64,000 bases of DNA from Camelus ferus (lineage: Eukaryota): assembly GCF_009834535.1 (NCBI RefSeq), contig NC_045697.1:12216001-12280000 (forward strand), written 5' to 3'. Both the position numbers and the translations under genes were made by a program. The stretch's first letter is position 1; every line of letters begins with the position of its first letter. Below the pieces are notes generated by a model, which was not told the origin of the DNA, ran no database searches, and saw only the letters and a list, made by a program, of their open reading frames with translations. Shown here piece after piece: positions 41,318 through 53,993 of the stretch.

Positions 41318-41786
41318 TGTGATGGTTGGTTGTACATGTCAGCTTGACTGGCTGTAATCCCCAGTTAATCAATCAATCAAACACCCATCTGAGTGTTGTT
41401 GTGAAGATATTATGTAGATCTGATTGACACCTACAATCAGTTGACTCTAAGTAAGAAGAGATTATCCTGAAAAATCTGGGTGGGCCAGATCTAATCAGTT
41501 GAAAGTCCTTAAGACCAGAACTAAAGTTTCCCTGAGGAAGAAGAAATTCCACCTGTGAACTGCAATATCAATTCCTGCAGGGGTGTTTCCATCATGCCCT
41601 TCCTGATAGCCTGCCCTAATAGTTTCAGACTTGCCTAGGCAGCCCCTACAATTGTGTAAGCCAATTCCTTGCAATAGATCTCTCTCTTCTCTTTCTTTCT
41701 ATCTTCATCTCTATCTCTATATATCTCCCGTCTCTTTATATGTATGCTACTGGTTCTGTTTTTCTGGTGGAACCCTGACTGATACA
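41318..41786 (+). mobile_element. solo ERVL LTR (MLT2D-like)
   Basis: tgtgatggtt...gtcagcttgactgg...tggttctgtttttctggtggaaccctgactgataca, with TSD gtgag/atgag. Confidence 0.9.
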
Positions 41787-43019
41787 ATGAGCAAGCCAAA
41801 AAAGTGTCTCTCAGAGAAGTTAGAAAGAAAAAAAATAGCTGAGTAAAAGAAAGAGAAGGATAAAATAATAATAGATAATATGAAGAATGGTCAAGGAGTA
41901 GAATTGGAGGATTAATTGTCACTCTTTAAGACTCTGCTTAGATGTTTCCTCATCTACACTGACGACCTTTGCCTCCTAGCTTGGATAATTATTCTTATTC
42001 TGTCTTGCTTATTGTCTCCTATCATGGTAAAGACATTGTAATTGCAAACTGATGTGTTTGTGGTCTCACATCCTCCTTCTCCATACCTTGGTACATGAGT
42101 TTTGAGACTCAAATTCTCAAAAAAAAAAAAAAAAAAAAAAGAGAGAGCCTTCATTGCTTTATCTCCGGTGCTAAGCTCTTTATAGCTTAGTTCTTAACTC
42201 ATATTAGAGGGTGAGAAAACATTTGTTGATAAGTGAATGCGAGCTCACAACTTTAGGTGCTCAAAGATGCCCAGCCTAGGCCAGGGACGATGGACCAGGG
42301 AAGGCCTTCTGGAGGAATCAGCCTCTGAGAACCATCAGAAGGGAAACGCCAGCCAGTGGTTCTGGCTCTCTTTCCCTCTATCCATTTACTGGTGCCATCA
42401 AGAGCACATAATTTGCTGGAACTCCTACTCTGTAATGTGGTCCCACCAACATATTTCCAGTGCCTCTAGGAAATGGCAGTCAGTGCCTCTTATTTGATAT
42501 TTGCTTCATTGAAAGACCCGCTGGCCACTTTACACACACTGGCACCTCTCATAAGGGTATTCTGATATGTTGAGGGGCTTGTGGATATTTCCCTTGTCAC
42601 CAGAGGCCTTCCCCTGGGCTCCTTTCATCCTTCTCATTGTTGGCATCAGAGTTTGAATCCATTCTAGAGGACACATGTGCTGGATGATGTCCTCTTTTTG
42701 CACAGTGAGATACAAGGACCTTTCCCTGCAAAGAGCAGAGGTTCTTTTGGAGGGAGAGTACCAACTCTAGGAATGCTCTGAGAGGGTCCAGGTAGTAACT
42801 TTCTCCTGCAGATGGCTTTCTCCTCTGACAGTCTGGAAGGGTGACTTGCCTTCTGGGAACTACATGGAAAGGAAGAGGTGAAACTTTCTTCCTTCCTTCT
42901 CTCAGGGATCTGCATCTTTTGAACTTACTTTGTTGTGTCTGCTTCTTGCTGTGTCTCTTCTTTGTTGGAAGCAAAAGGAAACAGGAAACTCAAGCTTATT
43001 TATTGAACCAACAATTGCT

Positions 43020-44117
43020 GAAAACACTAAAGTTGATAGTAAAGATGAAAATTTAATTGTAGCAATGGCTAATTCTAGGACTAGGGCAGGAAATAATACA
43101 AGATGAATCTAGTATCTCTTGTAGAACACCCAACTAAGGAAGGTCTAAATAAACAAATGAACAAACAAACAAAAAACTAACTGAAAAAACAAACCCACAC
43201 TGATATGTATTATGTTGAAGGAGCACAGGAGTCAACTGAAAGAGATGCCAATAGACAAAGATGAAATAATTTGGGCAGCAAAATAAATACAGGAGTGTTG
43301 GATTATAACCCAAATTATAAAATAAATATCCATGAATCCACACTGATGTAGATAAATGATTGAATAAATAGATAAATGGGGGAGAAGAGAAAAATCTCCC
43401 ATGCAAAAGAAGCCCAGATAAATTGTATAGATACCTCCCTCTAATGGAGGGGAACATAGCTCTTCATTCCTTAAGTGTAAACTGTATGTATTGGCACCTT
43501 TGCAAAATGTATACGGTACAGAAAGGGGAAAGAAGAATGACTTCATAGTGGATAAACCTAACAAACAGTACTTTAGCCAGGTGATCAAGTTCAGCACAAC
43601 AATGATTAGTCATGCTGATTGTATGTACCATTGATATGAGGTAAAAATGGCCTTTTACCTCTGGGATTTTCCTCCCTCAAGCCCAAAAGCCCAGCCTAGA
43701 CATGAAAAAAAAAAAAAAATCAGACAAATTCCAGTAGAGGAGCACCCAACAGTGCACCTGACCAGTCCTCCTCAAAACTGTCAAGGTCATTAAAAACAAG
43801 GAAATTCCAAGAAACTGTCACAGCCAAGAAAAACCTAAAGGGACTTGACAACTATATATAATGAATGTGGTTTCCTTGTAGGATCTTCTAACAGAAAAAG
43901 GATATTAGAAAAAACTAAGGCAATATTAATAAACTATGAGCTTTATTTAATAATAATACATCAATACTGGTTCATTAATTATAATAAATATACCATACTA
44001 ATGTAAGATGTTAATAATAAGATATACTGTGGGGGGGAGCGTATATGGAAACATTCTACTATTTGCTCAATTTTTCTGTAAATCTAAAACCTTTCTAAAA
44101 AAACTATTTAAAAAACA
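43020..44117 (+). mobile_element. L1MC/MD-type 3' UTR
   Basis: ctaggactagggcaggaaataatacaagatgaatctag...ctcaaaactgtcaaggtcat...tttttctgtaaatctaaaac. Confidence 0.85.
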
Positions 44118-45039
44118 GGAGAAAAAAGGGACAAAGGCATAAGGGTCTGCTCTGGTCATATAGGTGTATAGAATTAAGTGCATGCACTCACACATACACA
44201 GATCATCACCTTATGACAATCTGCGAAAAATGAAGGCTAAGAGATTGCATAGTAATTATAATGTGTCACCTACCTCTTACCTCACACCTCCTCCTATTAA
44301 GTCACTGGCCACTGGGGCTTGGCTATTGATTGTCACGGCCATGACCTCCTGGAGAGAGAGGGAGAGGGACAGGGAAGGAGGTGCTGGATGCTGTGCCTAT
44401 TTGGAATGCTTTTCTATCTTCTTGAAATCATTCTATTCTATTTATTAAAGTTTAGATAGTATGAAGAGTGAGGGAGAGAGTAAGTAGCTTGCAGGCTGAA
44501 CTCTTAGGATCACCTAACCCTTACTTTTCAAATTCACAATTGCCTTGGATGAAGAGGACAGTAGGTGCTCTGTTGAAGGAAAGCCTCATTCCATGTGAAG
44601 TTTAATATGCCCTCTTGACATATTCTATTCAGTATGATCCAGCAATGATTCCGACCCCTCAAGAATGTTAAATGGAACTACTGAAAAGACCAAAAGTTTG
44701 ACAAAATGATTTAAAAAAATGAAACAAAGTGAAAGGGGACATTTTGGGACGTTAAGTTCAGTGCCTAAATTGAGAATTAAGAGGAACTGAAGGGCTGTTG
44801 AAGAATATACCAGACAACTAAATAGTTTATATTGATACATATTTTTTAAACCAAAGTCAGGACACAGAGCTGGCGAGTATGGGGAAGTTTATGGAAACAA
44901 GAATACTTTCAACTGAGGCTGCCTTGAGAAATCTGGGTCACAAAGTCAATGACAAGTGCAGAGGTAAGGAGAAGGCAAAGACAGAGGAATAGGTAAAGGG
45001 GGAAATTAGCTACGGATCCTACAAGTCCTGCTTATCTTT

Positions 45040-45535
45040 TGTGATTGATGTGCATAATTTCCCAACCAATATCCTTTCTTTTTTTCAAACGAATTGAGCC
45101 CAAATTTTATTGTGTGGAAATATGCCTAGCTACAAAAGGCATTTCCCAGACTCCCATTCAGCCATGAGTAGCCATGTCACATGGTGCTGGACAACGAGAT
45201 GTAAGCAGAAGTTCCCGGGACAGGCTCCTGAGAAAATTCTTCAAAAGGAACAAAATTAGCTGCCCTTTGTCCTTCCCCTATTTTCAACTAGAACATGGAC
45301 TCAACATTTGCTACGAAAAAACAGTCTTGCCACCTTGAGGCACGTGAGAATGGAAGACACCTGCTGGGAGAGAATGGAGAGGAGGGGAAAGTTAGGAAGA
45401 ACCTCAGAGTGTTACCATACCATCCTCGGACTGCCACAATCTGGACCCACTTCATATGGCCAAAATGAAGCCCCTGAATTGTTTAGGTTGCTATTTTTAA
45501 GGTTTTGTTTCCAACTGATCCCAACTTTAACATAG
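45040..45535 (+). mobile_element. old ERVL-class LTR (LTR33-like)
   Basis: catttcccagactcccattcagccatgagtagccatgtcac...gagatgtaagcagaag. Confidence 0.55.
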
Positions 45536-45721
45536 ACCTCTTAATTAGAGCATTTTGCATACTAACAAGATTCTTCTAAGCAATGACTGAGGGCAGGAAC
45601 TGTCAGAACTAAAAAAGTTCTACCCCGTTGAGAAGATCGGTCTTCCTGAGTAGACCTCAAATGCAGGTGGTGCTCTCATTTTGGTTTTATTCCTAACTGT
45701 AAACGCCAGCCCTGTGGCTAA

Positions 45722-45945
45722 GAGGCAGCATGATGGACTTAAGTGTAAGAACCATCCAGTCACCATCAGCTTGTGTAATCTCTGGCAACTCTCTTAAACT
45801 TAAACAACTCTGTTTCCTCATAAACAAAATGGGGTTAGCAATACCTATCTCATAGGATTGTTCTGAAAATTGAACGAGTTACTTGTGTATAAAATTTAGC
45901 ACGGCTCCTGGCTTGTTGGAAACAGCAGTAAATGGTGACTATTAT
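45722..45945 (+). mobile_element. MIR
   Basis: gaggcagcatgatg...tgtttcctcataaacaaaatggggttagcaatacctatctcataggattgtt. Confidence 0.8.
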
Positions 45946-46073
45946 TTCAAATAAGTTTTTTTTCAGAAAGCTTTGCACATTGTAAAGAGTTCTACAAGTG
46001 TAAAGGATTATTCTGATTATAACTGTGCCAGTTATTAAACTATTGCCCTTTCATCTCCAAACCATCCTTTCTA

Positions 46074-46231
46074 TTTTTTTTTAATGTTTACTTACATTTA
46101 TTTATTTATTTTCCAGGGGGAGGTAATTAGGTTTACTTATTTATTTACTTTTTGGATGGAGGTACTGGGGATTGAACTGAAGACCTCGTATGTATTAAGC
46201 ATGAACTCTTCCACTGAGCTGTACCCTCCCT
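46074..46231 (-). mobile_element. Vic-1-like SINE
   Basis: tRNA-like head on the minus strand. 17-bp TSD ccaa(a/g)ccatcctttcta at 46057-46073 and 46233-46249. Confidence 0.9.
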
Positions 46232-46259
46232 GCCAAGCCATCCTTTCTAGATTCAGCTC

Positions 46260-46550
46260 AGCAATGTCGGTGGGGGCTGGGACTAGGTAAACTGTATCCG
46301 GCTTTGGCGCGGTTCCCTGTTCCTCTTCCATCGGGGGGCGCTGGAGGGAGACTGAGAGGCTGGAGGAGGAAGGGCGTGCTCCTTCCTGCCTGCTGCCTGG
46401 GGGTTTCTGATCACTCCCAGTTCGCGCAAGCTGCGCTCGAGCAATGCTTTTCCACCCCGCAGTGGCAGTTACTTTCCCAAGTCCGAGTTGAATCCAGTCT
46501 GCAGTTACTCTGACACTGTCAAGAATTGTGCTCCACCTGTCACGGGCACC
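46260..46550. promoter_or_regulatory. small CpG-rich patch, candidate promoter or regulatory element
   Basis: About 14 CpGs in about 290 bp, in an otherwise CpG-depleted window; not a recognisable repeat. Confidence 0.45.
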
Positions 46551-46682
46551 AGTCACACCTCCTTTTAATGTATGTATGTATGTATTTATTTGCCACACTT
46601 CTCCAACAGATTTTTTTTTTAAATTTATTTTGGAAAGGAATGGATTTTGAGGATTTTGAGGAGAAACAACATGAGGAATAAT

Positions 46683-46820
46683 GGGGAGGGTATAGCTCAG
46701 TGGTAGAGCACATGCTTAGCATGGATGACGTCCTGGGTTCAATCCCCAGTACCATTACTTAAAAAACATACATAAATAAATAAACTTAATTACTGCTTCT
46801 GGAAAAAAAATAAAATAAAA
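46683..46820 (+). mobile_element. Vic-1-like SINE
   Basis: ggggagggtatagctcagtggtagagcacatgcttagcatg...cctgggttcaatccccagtacc with Pol III A/B boxes and an A-rich tail. Confidence 0.9.
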
Positions 46821-46959
46821 TGGGGGATAGAAAAAAAAAACACCAAAAAAAACCAAATGTAAGCTGCTTTGCTAATTGTTTTACAGCTATTAGTCAGAGA
46901 ATGCCCTGTTTAAAGCAGCACAATAAAAGTTCAAAGATGGAGATGTTCCTTCAGGCGTG

Positions 46960-47760
46960 GCTGAAGATCTCAGTCTCTGGTATTTGGAATTTAGGCTGAA
47001 GTCCTTGATTCTGGATAGGTCACTGGGTGTGTGGCACACTCCTTGCTTCTAACCAGATCTGCAGAGAAGAATGGCCACTTGGTTGGGGAGAAGAAAGTCA
47101 AGGGTTTGGTTTCAGGTGTCAGCTTACTATAGAAGTTTCTCCTGTGATGCAGTGCCAAGTGGGGTTGTACTTCTTGTTAAACTCCTTCTTAACATGGGCC
47201 ACAATGTTCTCAGTGTTTATATTTCTCCAACAACTGAGTAGCACACTCTACCGAGCCCTCCCACATCTCCTCTGACAAATCTGCATTTCGGTTGCATGCG
47301 GTTTCCTTGGAGCAGGGGCTGGCCCACTCTGCAGGGTTCCTCCTCCAAGCTTCTAAGTTTCAATAATTCTAGCCTCTTCTCTTTGTTCCTCAGCCCTCAG
47401 GTTGTTAGCTGTTTCCTGCAGTTGCTCCCTCTGTGCTGGAGCCAGCCTATACTGGCTTGCCGGATCTTTTGTCAAATTTTCAGGAATTTTGCAAGTCAGT
47501 TGTTAAACTGCTGGTAGCTGGAAATCTGCCACTGTGGGAGTATTTACACCACGGAAACTAGCAAATGCCATAAATCAGATTTCCCCAACCAGAGAGCTGG
47601 TTGTAAACACTTAGCAGCCCACCTCTAAGTAGAATTCTCCTTTTACTCCTTTGGTTCCTAGTTAACAATTTATATCTAATTAAGAATAATTCACATTCAT
47701 TTCTCTCTGTTCATTTAACTAGTGTGGTTTCTGTATCTTGAATGGACCCTGAGTAATACA
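46960..47760 (+). mobile_element. ERVL LTR (LTR40/41-like) interrupted by MER63
   Basis: Ends in tgtggtttctgtatcttgaatggaccctgagtaataca; the 5' boundary is uncertain. Confidence 0.55.
47431..47626. mobile_element. MER63-like hAT-Blackjack element
   Basis: tgtgctggagccagcctatactggct...gtgggagtatttacaccacggaaa...gctggttgtaaacacttagcagc. Confidence 0.8.
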
Positions 47761-47931
47761 TAGCCTTGTAGAGTTGTGCCTCTATCAACCGTAGTTGTAG
47801 GTAAACTTTCCCTAGTTGTATCAGGAAAACTGGTGTGTGTAGCTTTGTTTTGTTTTGACAAACATCTTCTGTAAAAAAGTGCCTAACAGAATTTTATAAA
47901 TATTCAATTAACATGAGTTGTGTTATTAACA

Positions 47932-47993
47932 TTAGTTAACATCAATAACATAAGTCGATTCTGGTTCAGAGTCTCCAGTAGTCATGTGGAAAC
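47932..47993 (-). pseudogene. candidate terminal coding exon (..FHMTTGDSEPESTYVIDVN*)
   Basis: Acceptor ctatatcctaaaacag|GT and phase-1 entry, in frame with the upstream 183-nt segment; non-repeat sequence. Confidence 0.35.
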
Positions 47994-48165
47994 CTGTTTT
48001 AGGATATAGTTTGCAATTCTTTTCTCTGTATAGAAGGGAATGAGATATAGCCAATAACCATACTTTTGCTGAGCAAAGGGGGTAGCATGTTTCTAGGAAA
48101 AAAACAAATAAATCAACTCCTGCTTTCAATATGTTAGCGTACTCTGGGTCAAGGAATTATATATG

Positions 48166-48166
48166 C

Positions 48167-48226
<60 letters not shown>
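48166..48226. repeat. (GT)n(AT)n microsatellite
   Basis: Read directly. Confidence 0.95.
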
Positions 48227-48230
<4 letters not shown>

Positions 48231-48290
48231 CAACATTTCCTATTTTGGCACTGGTATAGATTGATCAGATTTCTAAAAAGCAAGGTATAC

Positions 48291-48473
48291 TTGGCATCGC
48301 TGATTCCTTAAGATACATGCTCTGCCTCTTGATAACTGTGTACTTTCCGTTAAGGTTTTCTAGCTCCATTTTAACTGCAAAATTTTGCTTATTAGACTTG
48401 GAGAAACCTTCCCTTGGCTCTCCAAAGCTTTGATCTTGCTCAACATGTCTATGAAACTCCACAAAGTTATATT
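48291..48473 (-). pseudogene. candidate 183-nt phase 1-1 exon (YNFVEFHRHVEQDQSFGEPREGFSKSNKQNFAVKMELENLNGKYTVIKRQSMYLKESAMP)
   Basis: Good acceptor catctcttttcag|AA and an open frame; weak donor A|gtatac. Confidence 0.4.
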
Positions 48474-49195
48474 CTGAAAAGAGATGCCAACATTCGAACA
48501 TAATCATCAAAATAACTTGTAAGAAAAAGCTAAACTTTTCACACAAATCCTATATTTAAAGATGACTTCCTTCCAATAACATTCATTAAGCGACCATCTG
48601 TTTGCCTTTGATTATCATCTGGACCACTAATAAGCGAGTTTAATCTGAGCAGTGTTATTTGCATGCTACTTCTAAATTTAGTGCCTTTTAAAGAAGTCAG
48701 CAAGGCTGGCCTCCAGGAAATATTGCCTTTGATGTAACATCTGGTTTTTAGGGAATTTCTGTGTAGTGCCCAACCAGGGGAGTGGACCTAAGGGCAAAGA
48801 GAAATCAAGTGACATGCCCAGAGTCATGTAATTAGTTAATAGCTTAACCTGGATCACCTGCAGTTTCTATCTGTGGCTAAAAGTCCTAGCCTACTTGTTT
48901 CTATTCTGTATATTGTATAGATTCTGTGTATGTAGACATAGCCAGTCCCTACCCTCCCCCCATTCAAAAATAGATAAATGTGTGGATCTGTAAGACTAAT
49001 TATAATCTTTCATTTTGGTGTCTACTATGTTTTGAGAAAAAAGAAAATTTCCTTCATTATCCTCCCCTTCATTAAAAAAAAAAGATTTGAAGTAACAGTG
49101 AATTGTTTGTTATTGATGGCAGAATCTTCTCTAGAAGTGAAATGATCTTTTTCCTTGCAAGGGAAATGGAGGGTTAAATTGTATGGACAACTTAC

Positions 49196-49328
49196 TTTAT
49201 TCGAGGGCAACTGAAAGGCAGCATCAACAGGCATCATTAACGTTCAACCTTTTTCCCTTCTCAGTTGTCTTCTCCATTTCCCCCTCCTTCCTCCTTCCCT
49301 GGGCTGGAGATCATAGAACTGTCAGCAC
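49196..49328 (-). pseudogene. candidate 133-nt exon, with stops in all frames
   Basis: Acceptor attatgcattttag|GT and consensus donor AAA|gtaagt. Confidence 0.4.
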
Positions 49329-51189
49329 CTAAAATGCATAATTATAAAGAAAGTTCAAGGTTACGATGCTTTATTATATGAGCAATTCTTTTTGTTACTT
49401 TACTGGGTCAATACAATCAATATGTAATTTTAATATCCTTATCTAATTATAACATGATACATTCAATCTAATTGGTGCTTTTAGCTTTAAAGGTAGTTTC
49501 ACATTTATGGTTTATTTTAATCTCAGATTTTTATTATAAAATAATTTGCATTTATGTATGCTTAGAATTGTTTTTCCATCTCCAAAAGGACCACTCCAAT
49601 TTTTGTACAGCCAAACATAACTTAATATCTTATAAATTAAAAAATTAAAAATTTAATCTAACAAATTGGAGTTTGAGTATCAGCTCTGCTGGCTATGTGA
49701 CCTTGGACAAATCACTAGATCTTTCTAACCTTCAGGGTCCCATCTATCTCATAACATTGAGAGACTGAAATGAGATTATGTGCAAAGCTGTTAGCACAAT
49801 GCTCTGATACACACTGAAAGGTCAGGAAATAGTCCTCAATTTTCTTTCTTCTTCTTTTTTTTTTTTCTTTTAATAAACTACATTAGTGTCCTGTGCTTGT
49901 TCTTGCCTGACTCTTAGAGATTTTATGAAAATCACAGTCACACAATAGAGGGAGAGGGATCCTGGGAAACTTAGAAAGCTTGACTAGAAGACTGAATGAA
50001 ATGGTGTGCTAGAGACTTAGCTAAACAAGATCCATTCCCTTCACTCTGGGTGCTGCCACCCTGGTTCCCTTTAAGTGAATTCCTTTTGCTCTTTTCTGTG
50101 CAGTCTTGGAGTACTGTCAGAAAAGTGATATGCCTTCCCTTAGCCAAGGGCATGAGACCTAAACAATTCCAGTTGTGCACCTCTTTTTTCAGGACTTTGA
50201 ATCCTGGTGAAATAACACAAAGGCAGGAAAGTTGTTGGAGTCACTTGGAGCCCTGAAGTGACTGTCCATCTCAGAGGTCATAGTACCCTGAGTGGCTAAA
50301 GCAGAGACTCGAGAGCCAGGTAGCCTGGGTTCAAAGCCCTTTCTAGGTAAGTGACCATAGCTAGGGTCTTAACCTCTTTATGCCACATTTCCTTATCTCG
50401 ATGATGGAGTCATTATAGTTCCTAATTCACAAGGTTGTAATAAGAACTAAATGAGTTAGAATATCTAAAGGTTTTAGGATGTGGCTGGTATGTATTAAAT
50501 ACAGTAAACATGATAACTGCAGCTTCTAATACTGGTACTACTATTACTGTGTTCTTGCCTTGAGACATTCAGACCCACCATACTTCTTGTGCTTCCCTAG
50601 TCCTGGTTCTCCATCCTTCCCTTTGATTCTGAGAGAGATACCCAACACCTCTTTTATAAACGTCTTTACTGCCTAAAGTAGCCAGAATTGGTTTCTGTTG
50701 CATGCAACCATATGATCTTAGCAATAAAGATGGCCCTGAAAATCTATGACATCCCATCCTCTCTTATTACAGATTCTTAATATAGAATAGAAAATTAAGT
50801 GAGATTCCTTGGGTGAGATGACTTAGCGTGTCAGTGGCAGTATTTGGATTAGTGTCTGACAATCCTGACAACCACTCATGGACTTTCTCTACTGGACCAA
50901 GGTTATGCTTAATTTGTCCTTACTCTTTTCTTTCTTTGTAACGACTCCACCCCAGCTCCTTATTTGTTACTAAAACTTGCCTAATATTTTTACACTTTAT
51001 TTTTGCATTCAGTCATCATCTCTGTCATTTAATTGTTTTTTACCCTCCACTTGACAAACCAGAACACAAATAACTTGGGTTTCACTGCTATTTAGGGATT
51101 CAGTTAGGACTCAAAAGACACTTGGTCCTTGCCCCATACTCCTCTTCACTAGTCATACTCCTGTCTTTTTATTTTGAAAAATCCTATTT

Positions 51190-52400
51190 GTTGATTCATT
51201 TATTGGTTGCTTCATTCATTTGTATATTCATTTAATCAATAGATACTTACAGAGCATCAATCATGTGCTTGGGACTGTTCTGGATGCTGAGGACATGGCA
51301 GTGAACAAGGCATTGTCCTTTCCTGCAAGGAGCTTATATTCCCTTGGATACATAAATATAATTTTAATAGTATGTTACACAGCGACAAAAACTGTCAAGG
51401 GCAAGGGAATAGAGAGGGAAGGTTCCTTGTTTCACAGAGGGTACTAAGGAAGCAACATTTCAACCAAGACCTGAATAAAATGAGGATGGGAGTCCTGTGA
51501 ATATTTGTGGGAGGAACATTCACTGAGATGGGCATATGCTTGGAATATTTGACTAATAACAAAGAGACCATAGTGTCTGGAGGACAGTAAACAAGAAGAG
51601 TAGTAAGATCTGAGGGACAGGTCATGTAGGACAGGTCACGTAGGGCTTTGAATTCATAGTAAGAACTCTGGATTTTTTTTTTAAGTGTGATGGGAACAGT
51701 GATGTCTTGGAGCGTGTTTGCACTACTCATGAGATCAGACTGTTAGCATCTCTTCCCAACCTTGTGTTTGGTGGCTTCACACAGGCTATTAAGCATTGAC
51801 CAGGATACCACTAGATGGAAGCTCTTGGGTGGTTATGAGGAGGAGAGTGGCACGATCCCATTTATCTTTTTGAAGGATCACTCTGACTTCTCCATGGAGA
51901 ACAGTTTGTAGGATGCCAAGAGTGGAAGCAAGGAGCCAGTTAGGAGTCTCTTGCTATAGTCCTGGGAGTGTTGATACTGGCTCAGAGTTTGAGATTAGTG
52001 GTAGGTTACGCAGCAGAGTGTAGGAATAGATTTTGGAGACGGAGTGACAGTATATGCTGAAGAATTAAAATGAAGGGTGTGAGTGAAAGACAGGAGTCAA
52101 GAATGACCCCACATTTGGGTTCTGAGCAACTGGCTTAATGGAGGTGTTGCTTACTGAAGTGGGGAAGACCTGGGAAGGGGCAGATGGAGGTAGGGGCTTA
52201 TATTCAAAAGTTGTATTTTGGATCTTCGTTTCCAGAGAAGAAAAGCCTGAGGAACAAAGAATAACTACTGGGAAGAGCAAGCACTGTTAAAAGGCCATAC
52301 AAAGAGGGAGGCTGAAACTAGGGACTTGTCACTTGTCCAGCTTATTGCTGGGAATGAAGAGCTGTAACTGAAATCCTTGAGGGCAGGTATTAGCCTATTA
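51190..52400 (-). mobile_element. L2 fragments
   Basis: cattcatttaatcaatagatacttacagagcatc...tttgaaggatcactctgact...ggagtcaagaatgacccc. Confidence 0.85.
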
Positions 52401-53993
52401 GACAAAGAGTCGGTCACGTCATTCTTAGTAGAAATAGGTTTCTTCCTAACATGAAAAATATACTTCTTGCATAAAGACCTCAAACAAACATATACACAGA
52501 AAAAAACATTTAATTAATTACTACCTTTCTAAGCCTCAGCCAGATTCTCTAAATGCCTAAAGAAGTGGCTGATTATAGAGTTTCTCCTGAAAAACTCACC
52601 GTGACTCTTTTAGGCCACACTATCACCATGGTGAAAGTATGGAATAAAGATTAAGAGTGTATGTGCTGGAGCTCAAATGCCTGGGTTCGAATCTCAGCTC
52701 TGTCCACCCCCAGCTGTGTGACTCTGAAGAGCTGATGGAGCAGCCTCTCTCTGCAGCTTTGCAGTCTGTAGGCAAAGGGGAAATATGCGTGACTAACCGT
52801 GTGTTAATTCTTAAAACTTCTTTTCAAAAGTGCCAAATGTGACTTTTGCTTACATTTCATTGGCCAAAGGCAGTTACATGGTCAAGCCTGACCTCAACAG
52901 GCTAGGGATATTTAAACTTCTCACAGAGAGGGCAACGCAAGTCACGAGACCAAGTCTGATTTCAGTCTCCTTCAGAGAGTAGCAGCAAATACTTGGAACA
53001 ACAGTACAGGCTCCCTGAGGGTGTATAGGTACAGGGTAATACAATACATGGACCTTATCTTTAGCATCTAATGACATATGATCTTAAAGCTCTGGTTCCA
53101 GGCTTACTATTACTGATGGCATCAAGATTCTTTTCAAAAAGAAAAAATTCTCATTAGCACCAAAGAATCACAGTCCAGTCTAATAGCTAATTAGAATAAC
53201 TTCCTAATCTTAGGACTTCAGGTTGAACTATACTAGTCAATTTCTTTTGTTTCTGTGGGTTTAGTGTCTGGATTTTAGAATTGTTAGCTACTGCTTGGAT
53301 GTCTTCCCTGGTCATCCTGCAGGGACCATCACCTGGGTCTCATCATTTTTCTGTGAAATGAGGTAGACCAGTTGTCATCCTCTTGACTCAACAGCCATGC
53401 TGTGAGGATTCATGAGTTAGGGTTTGTAAAATGTCTCCAGCGACTGAAAGGTGATAAATAGAAGGCATAATTATTGGTATTTTCCCATCTTTACTTAGAC
53501 TTGAAAAGCCTTTCTCATCACCTTTGAGATTTTGACATAAGCCAGCTTACTGTGGTGAATTTCATTTGTTTTACCTCCCTTCTGCTTGACATTTCCTTAC
53601 CCTCATCCCATCACAATGACTTTAAAGAAAGAATGTCAACCTTAACCTTTTATGTCTCCATCTGTTGAGATTTTTGACTTGTCCTATTGTTACTTTGTAT
53701 ATTTTATTCTACCATTTACAAGACTGTACTCCCAGACCTGTGCTATTAGCTAAGTAACACAGAGGCAGAAAAGGCAAACTGTAGTCACATGTTCCTCCTA
53801 TATAGTGCCTGGTAAGTTCATGGGGTGGCTCAATGATTAACCTGCATATTCACAAACAGGTTTCCAGTGAGTGAGCTCTCGATCTGAAAGTCTCATTATT
53901 CTTTTAAAATAGAGTTCAAAACAAATGTTTATTATTAATATCTTCAACACATTAACATATAGGTACTCTCCATCCCTGACTTTGAGCAGATAC

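Noticed and set aside
46137..46598. 153-aa minus-strand ORF as a gene
   Set aside because: It has a non-ATG start and its C-terminal part is SINE sequence. Only the CpG patch is kept as a lead.
46683..46755. tRNA-Ala-like gene
   Set aside because: It is the head of a SINE: A-rich tail, degenerate stems, and two homologous copies with TSDs elsewhere in the window.
49240..49300. KEEGGGNGEDN resembling the cadherin juxtamembrane motif EEGGGEED
   Set aside because: A short purine-rich match with no transmembrane or cadherin-repeat exon to support it.
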